Notes under the pieces: generated by a model
The model's database searches: none
The model's input: only the letters and a program-made list of their open reading frames with translations
Told to the model about the DNA's origin: nothing
Translations under genes and position numbers: made by a program
Assembly: GCA_963768145.1 (NCBI GenBank)
Contig: CAVYHK010000033.1
Span: 291,756-355,755, forward strand
Direction: 5' to 3'
DNA: 64,000 nt
Source: an uncultured Bacteroidota bacterium
GTDB lineage: Bacteria > Bacteroidota > Ignavibacteria > Kryptoniales > JAKASW01
Part shown: positions 8,546 to 17,712 of the stretch, one piece after another
How positions within the stretch are numbered: the first letter of the stretch is position 1
Layout: the number at the start of each line of letters is the position of its first letter

Positions 8546-11122
8546 ATGAAAAATCTAACAAAATGTTTCTGCTTACCGATCTTTTTTATGTTACTGACCG
8601 TACAAAATTGTTCTGCTCAAGATTGGGCAGATCCTCAAGGTGTAGTTCGCGATCAGCTTTTAGGTCTTATCAATTCAAGGTATGGATCATCTTTTCAATA
8701 TGTTCAGTATTCTATCATTGATACCTTGATCACATACTCAAACAGAGATCTTGAAAACATTCAGGATCCTTATGGGACGCTTAAGGGCTGCATTCTCTTT
8801 TCCACATACAAGGATAATGGAGAAAGTGAGCCGGATACTTTCATTGTCGGGATGATGAAGAACGGTCAGATAATATGGGTCAATGCTCCGGGAACGAGTG
8901 CGGACTTAGGTGGCCAACTTTTGTACGCCAAAGATATTAATAACGACGGAGAGGTTGAGCTTCTTGTCTCTGAAACGGACCGGAATTATCTCAAGATAAG
9001 TGAACCTCCGTTCTTGTGTTATTTATATGTGCTTAGCTGGAACGGGACGAGCGGACAACTCATAAACGCTTTTCAAGGCAATGGGAAATCCGCAATGATG
9101 GGGGATGGAAGTTTTGAACTGGTTGACAAGGACGGGGATGGTATTCAAGAAATCAGAACTTCGCTCCCTGATATAGATATGGACTGGGGGAATTACACGA
9201 CGAATACTTATCCGTATGTCACGTATGGCTGGAGCGGCGGAGAGTGTGGATTATGGCCTGATGTTGAACAAATTAGAGGTGACGAATCTCTTCCTGCAAA
9301 CAGAATAAGTGTAGCGGTAAGATGCTCCATTGAGAAGAATGCCAAACTGTTTTGCTACAGCTATTCCGTAAGCAGCGATAGCCTAAGCAAACAGATCGTC
9401 TCGGACATCTATATTGGCGGCTTGGAAGACACCACGAGCAATCTTGCTCCCCCCATGTGGCAATCAGGTAGTTCAAGTTATATTGGTGGAAGGGCGTTCA
9501 TCAAGTATTCGGCTGGGACTTATTATTTGATACATCCTGGCCAAACCATGGGTGGTTTTGAGACAATCTCCTCTGCCTTGCCCACAATTGTCAATTATTA
9601 TGTGCAGGGATACACCCAACCGGTTTTTGTTTCGCCGGATCAGGAAACACAAAATATTCTCAATAATTCGATAACGGGTCATACGGTTGGCACGCGAGAT
9701 ACAACCATTTCAGTTGGCGAATTGCAGTGGCTCGACACCCTCGCTACCTACACTACTCAATCCCTCTCACTTGGCTGGATAAAAGACCAGGCAACTGCCA
9801 ATAAATATTTGAATTATTTTGCTACAGCCAAGACAAGCTTACAGCAGAACAACCTCGGTGCGGCACGCTCAACACTCCAACGAGTTCTTCAGGATGTTAA
9901 TACCGATAGTACAAACAATCTGACCAGCGAAGCTTACGCTCTCATCCGGTACAATACAGAGTATCTGTTAGCTCAACTCCCTGTTCCTCCTTCGGGTTTC
10001 ATTGTCAAGCTCGTAAACAGCAGCGGCAGCAGACTCACAAGTGGTTCACTCCAGTATTATGAAGGTAGCTGGAAAGACGCGACCAACAATAACGACGGGA
10101 CTTTCACCATAAGCTCCACTGCCAAGACATTAAGCCTGAGGATGACTTATGAATACGGCACACAGACAAAATCAAATGTGGCGGTTGGAACCGACACAGT
10201 CATATTCCAAACAGTGAACGTCCAAATCAAGCTGCAGGACAGCAAAGGCAACCCGATGGATACTGGCACCGTTCAATATTATGCTGGTGCATGGAGAAAC
10301 TTGGGATCGACAGCAAATGGAGTCGCGACTAAAGAGCTCCTGCCAAACAGCTATTCTTTTAGAACGACTTACGCTTACGGGAGCAATGATAAGCAGCAGG
10401 ATATAGGTACAAATCCAACTGTAGTTTTTCAAACTATCAACGCCGCAGTACAGTTGCAGGACAGTCATGGAAATCTTATGCCTGCCCCTTCGGGGGATCA
10501 AGGAACTGTCCAATACTACTCCGGCGCGTGGAAAGACTTCGGTACGACTTCAAACGGAATAACGACGAAGGAACTACTTCCGAACAGCTACAGCTTCAGA
10601 ATGACTTATGCTTCCGGAAGTAATGACAAACAGCAAAACATTGGAACAAATCCTACGGTAGTCTTCCAGACTGTCAACGCAACGGTTCAGCTAAAGAACA
10701 GTCAAGGGAATCTCATCGACACGGGAACGGTGCAGTATTATGCCGGGGCATGGAGAAATCTTGGCACGACTACAGGCGGATTAGCAACAAAGGAATTACT
10801 GCCTAACAATTATTCGTTCAGAATGACTTATGCGTATGTGTCAAATGACAAGGCGCAGGATATTTCCACAAATAGCACCGTTGCTTTCTCTACGGTTCTG
10901 TGCACTATAACAGTCACCAACTCGCAAAGCCGGCCCGTCAATAATGTCCAGGCAAGCTATTATTCCGGAGCCTGGTGGCAGATCGGTCCTACTGTGAACG
11001 GTCAAGTAACCAAGGAGCTACTCCCTGCGAATCTGACGTTCAGGATTACTTACGGAACGACTCACCAGGACAAGACGCAGAATCTGGCGACAAACAATGT
11101 GGTCGGGTTCAGCATACCGTAG
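8546..11122 (+). CDS. Secreted multidomain protein (858 aa): N-terminal domain with DxDxDG calcium-type loops, helical linker, five C-terminal ~74-aa tandem repeats
   Basis: Signal peptide MKNLTKCFCLPIFFMLLTVQNCSAQ. Loops DINNDGEVELL and DKDGDGIQEI. The repeats are listed as a separate feature. There is no T9SS sorting domain at the C-terminus. Confidence 0.7.
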   Translation: MKNLTKCFCLPIFFMLLTVQNCSAQDWADPQGVVRDQLLGLINSRYGSSFQYVQYSIIDTLITYSNRDLENIQDPYGTLKGCILFSTYKDNGESEPDTFIVGMMKNGQIIWVNAPGTSADLGGQLLYAKDINNDGEVELLVSETDRNYLKISEPPFLCYLYVLSWNGTSGQLINAFQGNGKSAMMGDGSFELVDKDGDGIQEIRTSLPDIDMDWGNYTTNTYPYVTYGWSGGECGLWPDVEQIRGDESLPANRISVAVRCSIEKNAKLFCYSYSVSSDSLSKQIVSDIYIGGLEDTTSNLAPPMWQSGSSSYIGGRAFIKYSAGTYYLIHPGQTMGGFETISSALPTIVNYYVQGYTQPVFVSPDQETQNILNNSITGHTVGTRDTTISVGELQWLDTLATYTTQSLSLGWIKDQATANKYLNYFATAKTSLQQNNLGAARSTLQRVLQDVNTDSTNNLTSEAYALIRYNTEYLLAQLPVPPSGFIVKLVNSSGSRLTSGSLQYYEGSWKDATNNNDGTFTISSTAKTLSLRMTYEYGTQTKSNVAVGTDTVIFQTVNVQIKLQDSKGNPMDTGTVQYYAGAWRNLGSTANGVATKELLPNSYSFRTTYAYGSNDKQQDIGTNPTVVFQTINAAVQLQDSHGNLMPAPSGDQGTVQYYSGAWKDFGTTSNGITTKELLPNSYSFRMTYASGSNDKQQNIGTNPTVVFQTVNATVQLKNSQGNLIDTGTVQYYAGAWRNLGTTTGGLATKELLPNNYSFRMTYAYVSNDKAQDISTNSTVAFSTVLCTITVTNSQSRPVNNVQASYYSGAWWQIGPTVNGQVTKELLPANLTFRITYGTTHQDKTQNLATNNVVGFSIP
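10043..11119 (+). repeat. Five tandem coding repeats, period ~222 nt (74 aa)
   Basis: Units start at 10043, 10265, 10502, 10724 and ~10946. Consensus GTVQYYAGAWRNLGTT.NG.ATKELLPNSYSFRMTYAYGSNDKQQ(D/N)IGTNPTVVFQTVNA.VQL.(D/N)S.GN. Many nucleotide differences are synonymous, which suggests old duplications under selection. Confidence 0.85.
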
Positions 11123-11163
11123 TTAGAAGCATGTTTGAGTTGAGAAGAATGGAGGACTTAGGA

Positions 11164-11859
11164 ATGAGAAATATCATCATATTGTTGTTTATTCTTGTCG
11201 GAAGCGTGTTTGCCCAAATACCGAAGGTAAATCAGGTTAAAGCCGAGAACAACACCGATGGGCAAATATGGCAAATCCCATTTGCTTCGGCAGGCAACAC
11301 AATATCACTGAGCATTCAGAACAACTCGAGCCTCGAAGCGAAAGGTGTTTCCGTTGCGTTCAATAGGCTTCCGACGTGGCTGAGTTTCAAATCAACAACG
11401 GTCTCGTTAAAGGATGTGAGTGCAAACAGTCCTGGTGATGCAGAGTTCACGTTTTCCGTTGACAAGAAAGCCCCCGTCGGAAGAGACACGACACTGGTGG
11501 CAACGATTAGTACATCTGCCAGTCCCCTCGGGAATGGTCAGACGTGGATGAAGGAAATAAAGATCTCTGTCGGAGCACCAAAGGATTACAAGCTTTACGA
11601 CAATTTCCCGAATCCGTTTAACCCGTCAACCAAGATTGCATTTGAGCTTCCGAAAGCCTCACATGTAAAACTGATTGTTTATGACATCATCGGTCGTGAG
11701 GTGGCACAAGTCGCAGATTCGGATTATCCTGCCGGCTACACTGAGCTAACATGGAACGGCTTGAACAAGAACGGGAATCTGGTTTCATCAGGGGTCTATT
11801 TCTACCGCATAAGCACAGACAAGTGGAGCAAGGTGAAAAAGATGATGGTACTCAAATGA
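11164..11859 (+). CDS. Small secreted protein with T9SS C-terminal sorting domain (232 aa)
   Basis: The ATG at 11164 follows GGAGGA and gives MRNIIILLFILVGSVFAQ. C-terminus [37 protein letters not shown]...SGVYFYRISTDKWSKVKKMMVLK. The ORF-track extension back to 10975 overlaps the previous gene. Confidence 0.75.
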   Translation: MRNIIILLFILVGSVFAQIPKVNQVKAENNTDGQIWQIPFASAGNTISLSIQNNSSLEAKGVSVAFNRLPTWLSFKSTTVSLKDVSANSPGDAEFTFSVDKKAPVGRDTTLVATISTSASPLGNGQTWMKEIKISVGAPKDYKLYDNFPNPFNPSTKIAFELPKASHVKLIVYDIIGREVAQVADSDYPAGYTELTWNGLNKNGNLVSSGVYFYRISTDKWSKVKKMMVLK

Positions 11860-11872
11860 TGACTCCGTGTCT

Positions 11873-12421
11873 TCAATGCTCTTTTAGAGGCTGGTAAAAT
11901 TTTTCCCAGTCGAAATTCCACGGATCCGATTTCCTGCCCGGAGATATGTCGCTGTGGCCGAGTGTATATTTAATCGGATATTTCGTTTTAAGACACTTGA
12001 TGAGATCCACCAGCGATCTGTATTGAGCTTCGGAGGGGAATCCTTTCTCAGTATTTATGATTTCTATTCCGATTGAAAGTGCGTTTACGTTGGTCCTTCC
12101 GTCCGGCAGACGGCTCTTCCCGGCATGATAGGCAACTTCCTGATCGGAGACCAGTCTGTAAATCGTTCCGTCGCGATCTATTATGTAGTGGGGTGATACG
12201 TTAATTTGCCGGTATTCATCCAGAATTCCGTTTATGCTGAAGGAATCTGATGATAGCCTGTTATAAGATGAGTGAATTATTATCGCCTCGATTCTGCCTG
12301 AGCGGGTGATTCTTTCATGGCCCCACGTGACAAAGCTGTCTTTGATTTGCAGGCTGTCACATGACGATGGCTTCCCCTGGAGACCCCCAATGAGCAATAA
12401 CAAAGCGATTCTCAGAAGCAT
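11873..12421 (-). CDS. N-acetylmuramoyl-L-alanine amidase, Amidase_2 (AmpD/AmiD/PGRP fold), with signal peptide
   Basis: 182 aa: MLLRIALLLLIGGLQG...; IIIHSSYN, SPHYIIDRDGTIYRLV..AYHAGKS, NALSIGIEI, LGHSDISPGRKSDPWNFDW. These match the Amidase_2 zinc-site pattern. Confidence 0.8.
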   Translation of the reverse strand: MLLRIALLLLIGGLQGKPSSCDSLQIKDSFVTWGHERITRSGRIEAIIIHSSYNRLSSDSFSINGILDEYRQINVSPHYIIDRDGTIYRLVSDQEVAYHAGKSRLPDGRTNVNALSIGIEIINTEKGFPSEAQYRSLVDLIKCLKTKYPIKYTLGHSDISPGRKSDPWNFDWEKFYQPLKEH

Positions 12422-12450
12422 TGCAACCGCAAGATTATAAAACAGGACAA

Positions 12451-12486
12451 AATAAAAAAGCCGCCTCGAAATCGGTGGGCGGCTTT
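12451..12486 (-). terminator. Rho-independent terminator after nrdJ
   Basis: The minus strand reads AAGCCGCC-caccgatttcga-GGCGGCTT followed by TTTTATT, about 22 nt after the nrdJ stop. Confidence 0.75.
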
Positions 12487-12508
12487 CTCGATAATTTCAA
12501 GCTTTACA

Positions 12509-15241
12509 TCAGGAGCAGCCGCTTGTCGAACCGCAATTCAAGCATTTGTAGCATGATCCGCTTCTGATCATGATGGAGCCGCACTCGTGGCACGGCGGTG
12601 CATCCGATTGTTCCTGAAATACTTTTTTCTCCGTTTGCTCCAGAGAAATGTTGAATTCCGCCTTCTCGTCTTTTTTCGATTCAGCAGCGATTGAGTCCAT
12701 CACCACCGAAGCCGGTTGTTCATCACGAGGAAGGAATTTCAACCCCATCCACCTGAAGATGTAGTCGAGAACAGATTTGGCTATCGGCACTTCTTTGTTG
12801 TTCGTGAATCCGGACGGCTCGAATCTCATGTGACTGAATTTATCTACCAGAACTTTCAGAGGAACTCCATACTGAAGTGCGAGAGAGATTCCTGTAGCAA
12901 AGCCGTCCATCAGTCCGCTGATCGTCGACCCTTCTTTGGACATTGTAATGAATAGCTCACCGGGTGTACCATCTTCATAGAGTCCGACTGTAATGTAACC
13001 CTCATGTCCGCTGATGCTGAATTTGTGGGTGATCGCTCTGCGCTCATCCGGCAGTCTTCGTCTGCTGACGTGGGCTGCCTGGTTTTCTTGCGGCAGCTTG
13101 GTTTTGCCCTCATCTTTCTTCGTGCTGAGAGGCTGCGTTTTCTTCGAGCCGTCTCGATAGACTGCGATTGCTTTCAACCCCAGTTTCCAGGCTTCTATGT
13201 ATGCCTGCTCTATTTCTTCGACCGCTGCTTCAGCCGGAAGGTTGACGGTTTTTGAAATTGCCCCGGAAAGAAACGGCTGGACTGCCGACATCATCTTTAT
13301 GTGACCCATGTAATGAATCGACCGACTTCCAGTGACTGCCTTGAACGCGCAATCGAAAACCGGAAGATGTTTCTCGTTCAGATGCGGAGCAGCTTCGATT
13401 GTGCCATTGGCATCGACGTACTTAACAACCTCATCGACCTGCTTATCGGAATACCCAAGGGTTCTTAAGGCAAGCGGCACGGTATTGTTGACGATCTTAA
13501 GGTAGCCGCCGCCAACAAGCTTTTTGTATTTTACAAGCGCGATATCCGGTTCGACACCGGTGGTATCACAATCCATCATAAACCCGATTGTACCGGTAGG
13601 CGCGAGCACGGAAATTTGCGAATTCCTGTAGCCGTATTCCTTTCCAATTGTCAGCGCGTCGTCCCACACATTCCTTGCAGAATCAATTAGATAGTTCGGA
13701 ACAAGCTCTGCATCTATCTTGTCGACATATGCACGATGTTTTCGTATTACGCCAAGCATTGGTTCGCGATTGATTTCGTAGCCCTCGAAAGCACCTATAG
13801 TCTTTGCAATCAACGCGCTCTGCCTGTATCCTTCGCCTGTCATCAAAGCTGTGATCGCTCCCGCATAAACTCTTCCTGCGTCGCTGTCATAGGGGATACC
13901 TAGAGACATCAACAATGCACCAAGGTTGGCATAACCGATTCCGAGCGGGCGGAAGGCGAAACTGTTCTTTTCAATTGTCTTTGTTGGGTAGCTCGCATTT
14001 CCGACGATAATTTCCTGTGCTGTAATTATGATCTCCACCGCGTGGAGGAATGAAGCAACATTAAAGGAACCGTCTTCCTGTCTAAACTTCATGAGATTGA
14101 GCGACGCCAAATTGCAGGCGCTGTCATCCAGGAACATATACTCGCTGCATGGGTTGGAAGCATTGATCGGCGCTGTGTTGGGGGAAGTATGCCAGTTGTT
14201 CACAGTGGTGTGGAATTGCATTCCCGGATCTCCGCTGATCCACGCGGACCCGGCAATTTCGTGCATCAAGTCCCGAGCGCGGTAAGTGCCTGCTGGCTTT
14301 CCGTCTCGCACATTCTTCGTTGTCCATTCTTTGTCTTCCAGAACCGCGCGCATGAAATCGTCCGTCGCACGGACACTGTGATTAGCATTCTGGAATTGGA
14401 CAGAATCATAAGCACCTCCGGGGACATTGAAGCCTGGATCATAGCCCACATCAATTAATGCCCAGGCCTTCTTCTCTTCCTCCGACTTGCTTCTAATAAA
14501 GTCCAGTATGTCGGGGTGATCCGCATTGAGGATGACCATCTTTGCCGCGCGGCGGGTTTTTCCACCCGATTTAATTACCCCTGCGAACGAGTCGAATCCA
14601 CGAAGAAACGAAACTGGACCGGAAGCTGTACCACCACCAGAAAGCTTCTCCTTCGATGATCGAAGAGTTGAAAAGTTCGTTCCTGTACCACTTCCCCATT
14701 TGAACAGCATGCCCTCGGTCTTTGCCAGATCAAGAATGGCTTCCATGGTATCTTTCACGGAGTTGATGAAGCATGCCGAGCACTGCGGTCTATCTTCAAT
14801 TCCGACATTAAACCATACAGGACTATTGAAGGAGGCATATTGGTTTACAAGGAGGTATGTTAGTTCATCGTAGAACACAGCGGCGTCTTCGCTCGATGCA
14901 AAATAACCGCCCTTGATTCCCCATTTGGTAAATGTCCTGGCTACACGATCAACAATTTGTTTTACGCTTGTCTCCCTTTCCGAAGTTCCGAGTTGTCCGT
15001 GGAAATACTTTGACACCACGACATTGGTCGCAGTCACGCTCCAGAAATCTGGAACCTCTACATCCTCTTGCTGGAATATCACCTCACCCTTTTCGTTTGA
15101 AATTGATGCGGTTCGTTTTTCCCAGCTAATCTGATCAAACGGATGGATACCCTCTCTCGTAAAACAACGCTGGACTGTCAGTCCCCCCCATTTCGAGTGC
15201 GCTTTTGTATCCTCAGAAACGAAAATATCCGTGTATCCCAT
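12509..15241 (-). CDS. nrdJ: Class II (adenosylcobalamin-dependent) ribonucleoside-diphosphate/triphosphate reductase
   Basis: 910 aa. Active-site loop ASNPCSEYMFLDDSACNLASLNL, an RNR barrel region throughout, and a C-terminal zinc-ribbon-like tail CHECGSIMIRSGSCYKCLNCGS. Confidence 0.9.
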   Translation of the reverse strand: MGYTDIFVSEDTKAHSKWGGLTVQRCFTREGIHPFDQISWEKRTASISNEKGEVIFQQEDVEVPDFWSVTATNVVVSKYFHGQLGTSERETSVKQIVDRVARTFTKWGIKGGYFASSEDAAVFYDELTYLLVNQYASFNSPVWFNVGIEDRPQCSACFINSVKDTMEAILDLAKTEGMLFKWGSGTGTNFSTLRSSKEKLSGGGTASGPVSFLRGFDSFAGVIKSGGKTRRAAKMVILNADHPDILDFIRSKSEEEKKAWALIDVGYDPGFNVPGGAYDSVQFQNANHSVRATDDFMRAVLEDKEWTTKNVRDGKPAGTYRARDLMHEIAGSAWISGDPGMQFHTTVNNWHTSPNTAPINASNPCSEYMFLDDSACNLASLNLMKFRQEDGSFNVASFLHAVEIIITAQEIIVGNASYPTKTIEKNSFAFRPLGIGYANLGALLMSLGIPYDSDAGRVYAGAITALMTGEGYRQSALIAKTIGAFEGYEINREPMLGVIRKHRAYVDKIDAELVPNYLIDSARNVWDDALTIGKEYGYRNSQISVLAPTGTIGFMMDCDTTGVEPDIALVKYKKLVGGGYLKIVNNTVPLALRTLGYSDKQVDEVVKYVDANGTIEAAPHLNEKHLPVFDCAFKAVTGSRSIHYMGHIKMMSAVQPFLSGAISKTVNLPAEAAVEEIEQAYIEAWKLGLKAIAVYRDGSKKTQPLSTKKDEGKTKLPQENQAAHVSRRRLPDERRAITHKFSISGHEGYITVGLYEDGTPGELFITMSKEGSTISGLMDGFATGISLALQYGVPLKVLVDKFSHMRFEPSGFTNNKEVPIAKSVLDYIFRWMGLKFLPRDEQPASVVMDSIAAESKKDEKAEFNISLEQTEKKVFQEQSDAPPCHECGSIMIRSGSCYKCLNCGSTSGCS

Positions 15242-15594
15242 GAACTACTCCTCCCTCTTATATTAAAGGCTTGACCATCGTGACCAAGTCGCGTCGACCT
15301 AACTCACGGTTCTTGATGACAGCCAGCACTTACAAGTTTATGGCAACAATGACAAAAGATTTACTCTATAGAACGAGAATCGACGTGCAAATTATCTGTG
15401 GAAATGAGCAAAGTCAAGAACTTAAGCTCAAGAATTGACTTTAACTCAAGTTTTGTTTGGTGTTTTCCGTCGTTTCACCGCTGCAAGAAGGGAGGCCCTT
15501 AAGAATTTAGTTTAAGTGCGCACTTTTTGGCCGACAAGTGGCTGGCAAAGCATCCTGACTGGCAATTTTGCTGTTCCATGGTACAGAAGCAATC

Positions 15595-15610
15595 ACACGC
15601 GTTATTGTGT
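15595..15610. promoter_or_regulatory. NrdR-box-like 16-bp palindrome ACACGCGTTATTGTGT, about 350 nt upstream of nrdJ
   Basis: Ends ACAC....GTGT and an AT-rich centre fit the published NrdR box shape (about 12/16 by hand). A second box is only weakly recognisable at about 15628-15643. Confidence 0.3.
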
Positions 15611-15658
15611 GTCGTCTATGTGAAGTCTTTGTAAAGAATATGTGAAGGTGTGATTCGG

Positions 15659-17056
15659 TTAGATCTTAGCCGGAGAATCTTTCAAAAGATTCTCCACGGC
15701 ACTAACGAGATCCCCGGTGTTATACGGCTTCTGGAGCATTCCCTCTGCGTAAGTCCCGATGACTGTCTTTATATCAGCAAGCTCGCTGAAGCCCGTACTT
15801 ATTAAGACCTTCGGTGGATATTTCATCTTCTTTATTTCCACGCATGCCTCCTTGCCGGACATAACGGGCATTATCATGTCCATCACCACAAGGCGAGTAT
15901 CGGGGTTCTCCTTAAGTTTTTCCAGTGCATCAAGACCGTCATTTGCCGTGACAACTTGAAAGCCATGGTCTGTAAGAATGTCGGAGCCAAGCTGACGAAC
16001 ATTTTCTTCGTCGTCAACAACCAATATTTTGGCTCCTTCCGACCCAACAGTCCGGAGAATAGCCTCTCCGGATATGGGGGTCTCCTCTTCCGAGTGAATC
16101 GGAAGAAATATCTCAACTTTTGTCCCTATTCCGGGGGAAGAATCAACGATGATGGAACCACTATGTTGCCTTACAATGCTGTACGCCCGACTGAGGCTCA
16201 GTCCGGCATTTTTTTTCTCCCGCTTCGTAGTAAAAAATGGCTCGAAGATTCTTTTCTTGATTTCTTCATCCATCCCTGTACCATGATCTTCAATCTCGAT
16301 CAAACATTCTTTCCGTAATGGAAGAAGGTTGTTGGCCGCATCGGACGCTTCCAAGACATTGATCGAACATTTAATCATGCCTCCAGTTTCCATTGAGTCG
16401 GCAGCGTTGTCGAGAACCGCAAGGAGGACCTGTCTTAGCTGTGAGGTACTGATTCGAACCGGAACAGGTTGAGCTGCAGCGGAGACAACAACGTCGTACC
16501 TCTTACCTCTGACACCCACGAAATCCTCAGCGATAGTTCTCGTGAATCGAACGAGGTCAACCACTTCAACTGTTTTAGTGTCAAGCTGCGAGAAACCTAG
16601 TGCGCTCCTTACCAGTTCCGCAACTTGTTTTGAGGCTTTCTCAATGATGTCGGCGTAATGGAATTCATTTGTACCTGGCTCAAGCTTGAGCTTGAGAAGG
16701 GATGCGTATCCCATTATACTTCCGACAGTGTTATTTAGGTCGTGTGAAAGAGAGGCTGCCAGCTTCGCCAGGGACTCTACTGCTTTCACGTGAATTTCGG
16801 CCATATCTTTCATCTCGGCGTCCTGCCGCATCTTCTGATTCTGAAGCTGAGAGCACAGTCCTCGCACTCTTTTCCAAAGCAACCAGTTGACGATCACGAG
16901 GAGCACAATAATGCTGGCGACGAGAATAATCACGAAGTATTCGGAATATTGTACCGGTGTCTCCAGGGGGGATTGCGCTCGACGCAGGAGCATGATACCA
17001 ACGGACATACACCAAGGCGCCCCCTTGATTGGAAAATGCAACTCCAGCGGGTTCAA
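15659..17056 (-). CDS. Hybrid sensor histidine kinase (TM, HisKA, HATPase_c, C-terminal receiver)
   Basis: H-box SLSHDLNNTVGSIMGY; ATPase boxes VLDNAADS, IEDHGTGMD, GLSLS; receiver KILVVDDEENV...LVVMDMIMPVMSGKE. The ORF-track start is TTG and overlaps the upstream stop (TTGA). ATG 17008 is an alternative start. Confidence 0.85.
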   Translation of the reverse strand: MNPLELHFPIKGAPWCMSVGIMLLRRAQSPLETPVQYSEYFVIILVASIIVLLVIVNWLLWKRVRGLCSQLQNQKMRQDAEMKDMAEIHVKAVESLAKLAASLSHDLNNTVGSIMGYASLLKLKLEPGTNEFHYADIIEKASKQVAELVRSALGFSQLDTKTVEVVDLVRFTRTIAEDFVGVRGKRYDVVVSAAAQPVPVRISTSQLRQVLLAVLDNAADSMETGGMIKCSINVLEASDAANNLLPLRKECLIEIEDHGTGMDEEIKKRIFEPFFTTKREKKNAGLSLSRAYSIVRQHSGSIIVDSSPGIGTKVEIFLPIHSEEETPISGEAILRTVGSEGAKILVVDDEENVRQLGSDILTDHGFQVVTANDGLDALEKLKENPDTRLVVMDMIMPVMSGKEACVEIKKMKYPPKVLISTGFSELADIKTVIGTYAEGMLQKPYNTGDLVSAVENLLKDSPAKI

Positions 17057-17712
17057 GAGAGTCCTCTGCCGCCCAGTTCCTCGCCGGATAATAGGTCAAG
17101 TACTGAATGAACGAGATCTGCAGACGAGACGGGCTTGGAGAGCCATCTGTCAGCCCTCGAATTCTTCAAACGCTCAATCGCCGATGGGCTAAGATTGCCG
17201 GACAGAACAAGTACCTTAAGAGCGTGGCTTGTTTTCCGGTTCGCAATCAAATCGAGAACTTTAAAACCGTCGATCCCCGGCATTATCAGGTCAAGAACAA
17301 CCAAGTCAGGCTTAAGTTCTCCGAGCAATATTAACGCCTCGTACCCATCCTGTGTTATAGCTATCTCGCATGTTGGCAGCTTGTCGCGCAGCACCTCTCG
17401 AATCATTTCTGCGTAAGCCTCATCATCATCGACAACGAGTATTTTTCTTGGATGCTCTCCCCCAAGAACAAAATTGATATCCATGTTGTGCGCTTCCAGA
17501 AATTTCTTAAGATCATTCGGCCAGATTCTGAAGTGTCCACCTGGGGTTGCGTATGCCTTTAGCTTGCCAGCTCTGATCCAGTAGTTAATGGTTCGCGTGG
17601 TGACCCGACAAACCTGAGCGGCCTGCCCTACAGCCAATGGCATAACATTGGTCAGTTTTTCAGGCAACATTTCTTGATTTTCTCGTTTTTCCCATTGTTC
17701 AAACTTTAACAA
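17053..17712 (-). CDS. Response regulator with N-terminal excisionase/MerR-type HTH and C-terminal receiver domain
   Basis: LAVGQAAQVCRVTTRTINYWIRAGKLKAYATPGGHFRI (HTH_17-like), then KILVVDDDEAYAEMI...DLVVLDLIMPGIDGFKVL (REC). The start is uncertain: TTG 17712, ATG 17670 or ATG 17643. Confidence 0.8.
   Translation of the reverse strand: MLKFEQWEKRENQEMLPEKLTNVMPLAVGQAAQVCRVTTRTINYWIRAGKLKAYATPGGHFRIWPNDLKKFLEAHNMDINFVLGGEHPRKILVVDDDEAYAEMIREVLRDKLPTCEIAITQDGYEALILLGELKPDLVVLDLIMPGIDGFKVLDLIANRKTSHALKVLVLSGNLSPSAIERLKNSRADRWLSKPVSSADLVHSVLDLLSGEELGGRGLS

Noticed and set aside
10975-11163. N-terminal extension of ORF 10975-11859
   Set aside because: It overlaps the end of the preceding 858-aa gene in another frame. 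The ATG at 11164 has an SD and yields a proper signal peptide.
15242-15590. Cobalamin riboswitch in the nrdJ leader
   Set aside because: I saw fragments reminiscent of B12-element pieces (GGTGAAA, GCCAGTCAGGA, GCCACTTG). They occur in the wrong order and the conserved core is missing. A B12 off-switch on a B12-dependent enzyme is also not expected.
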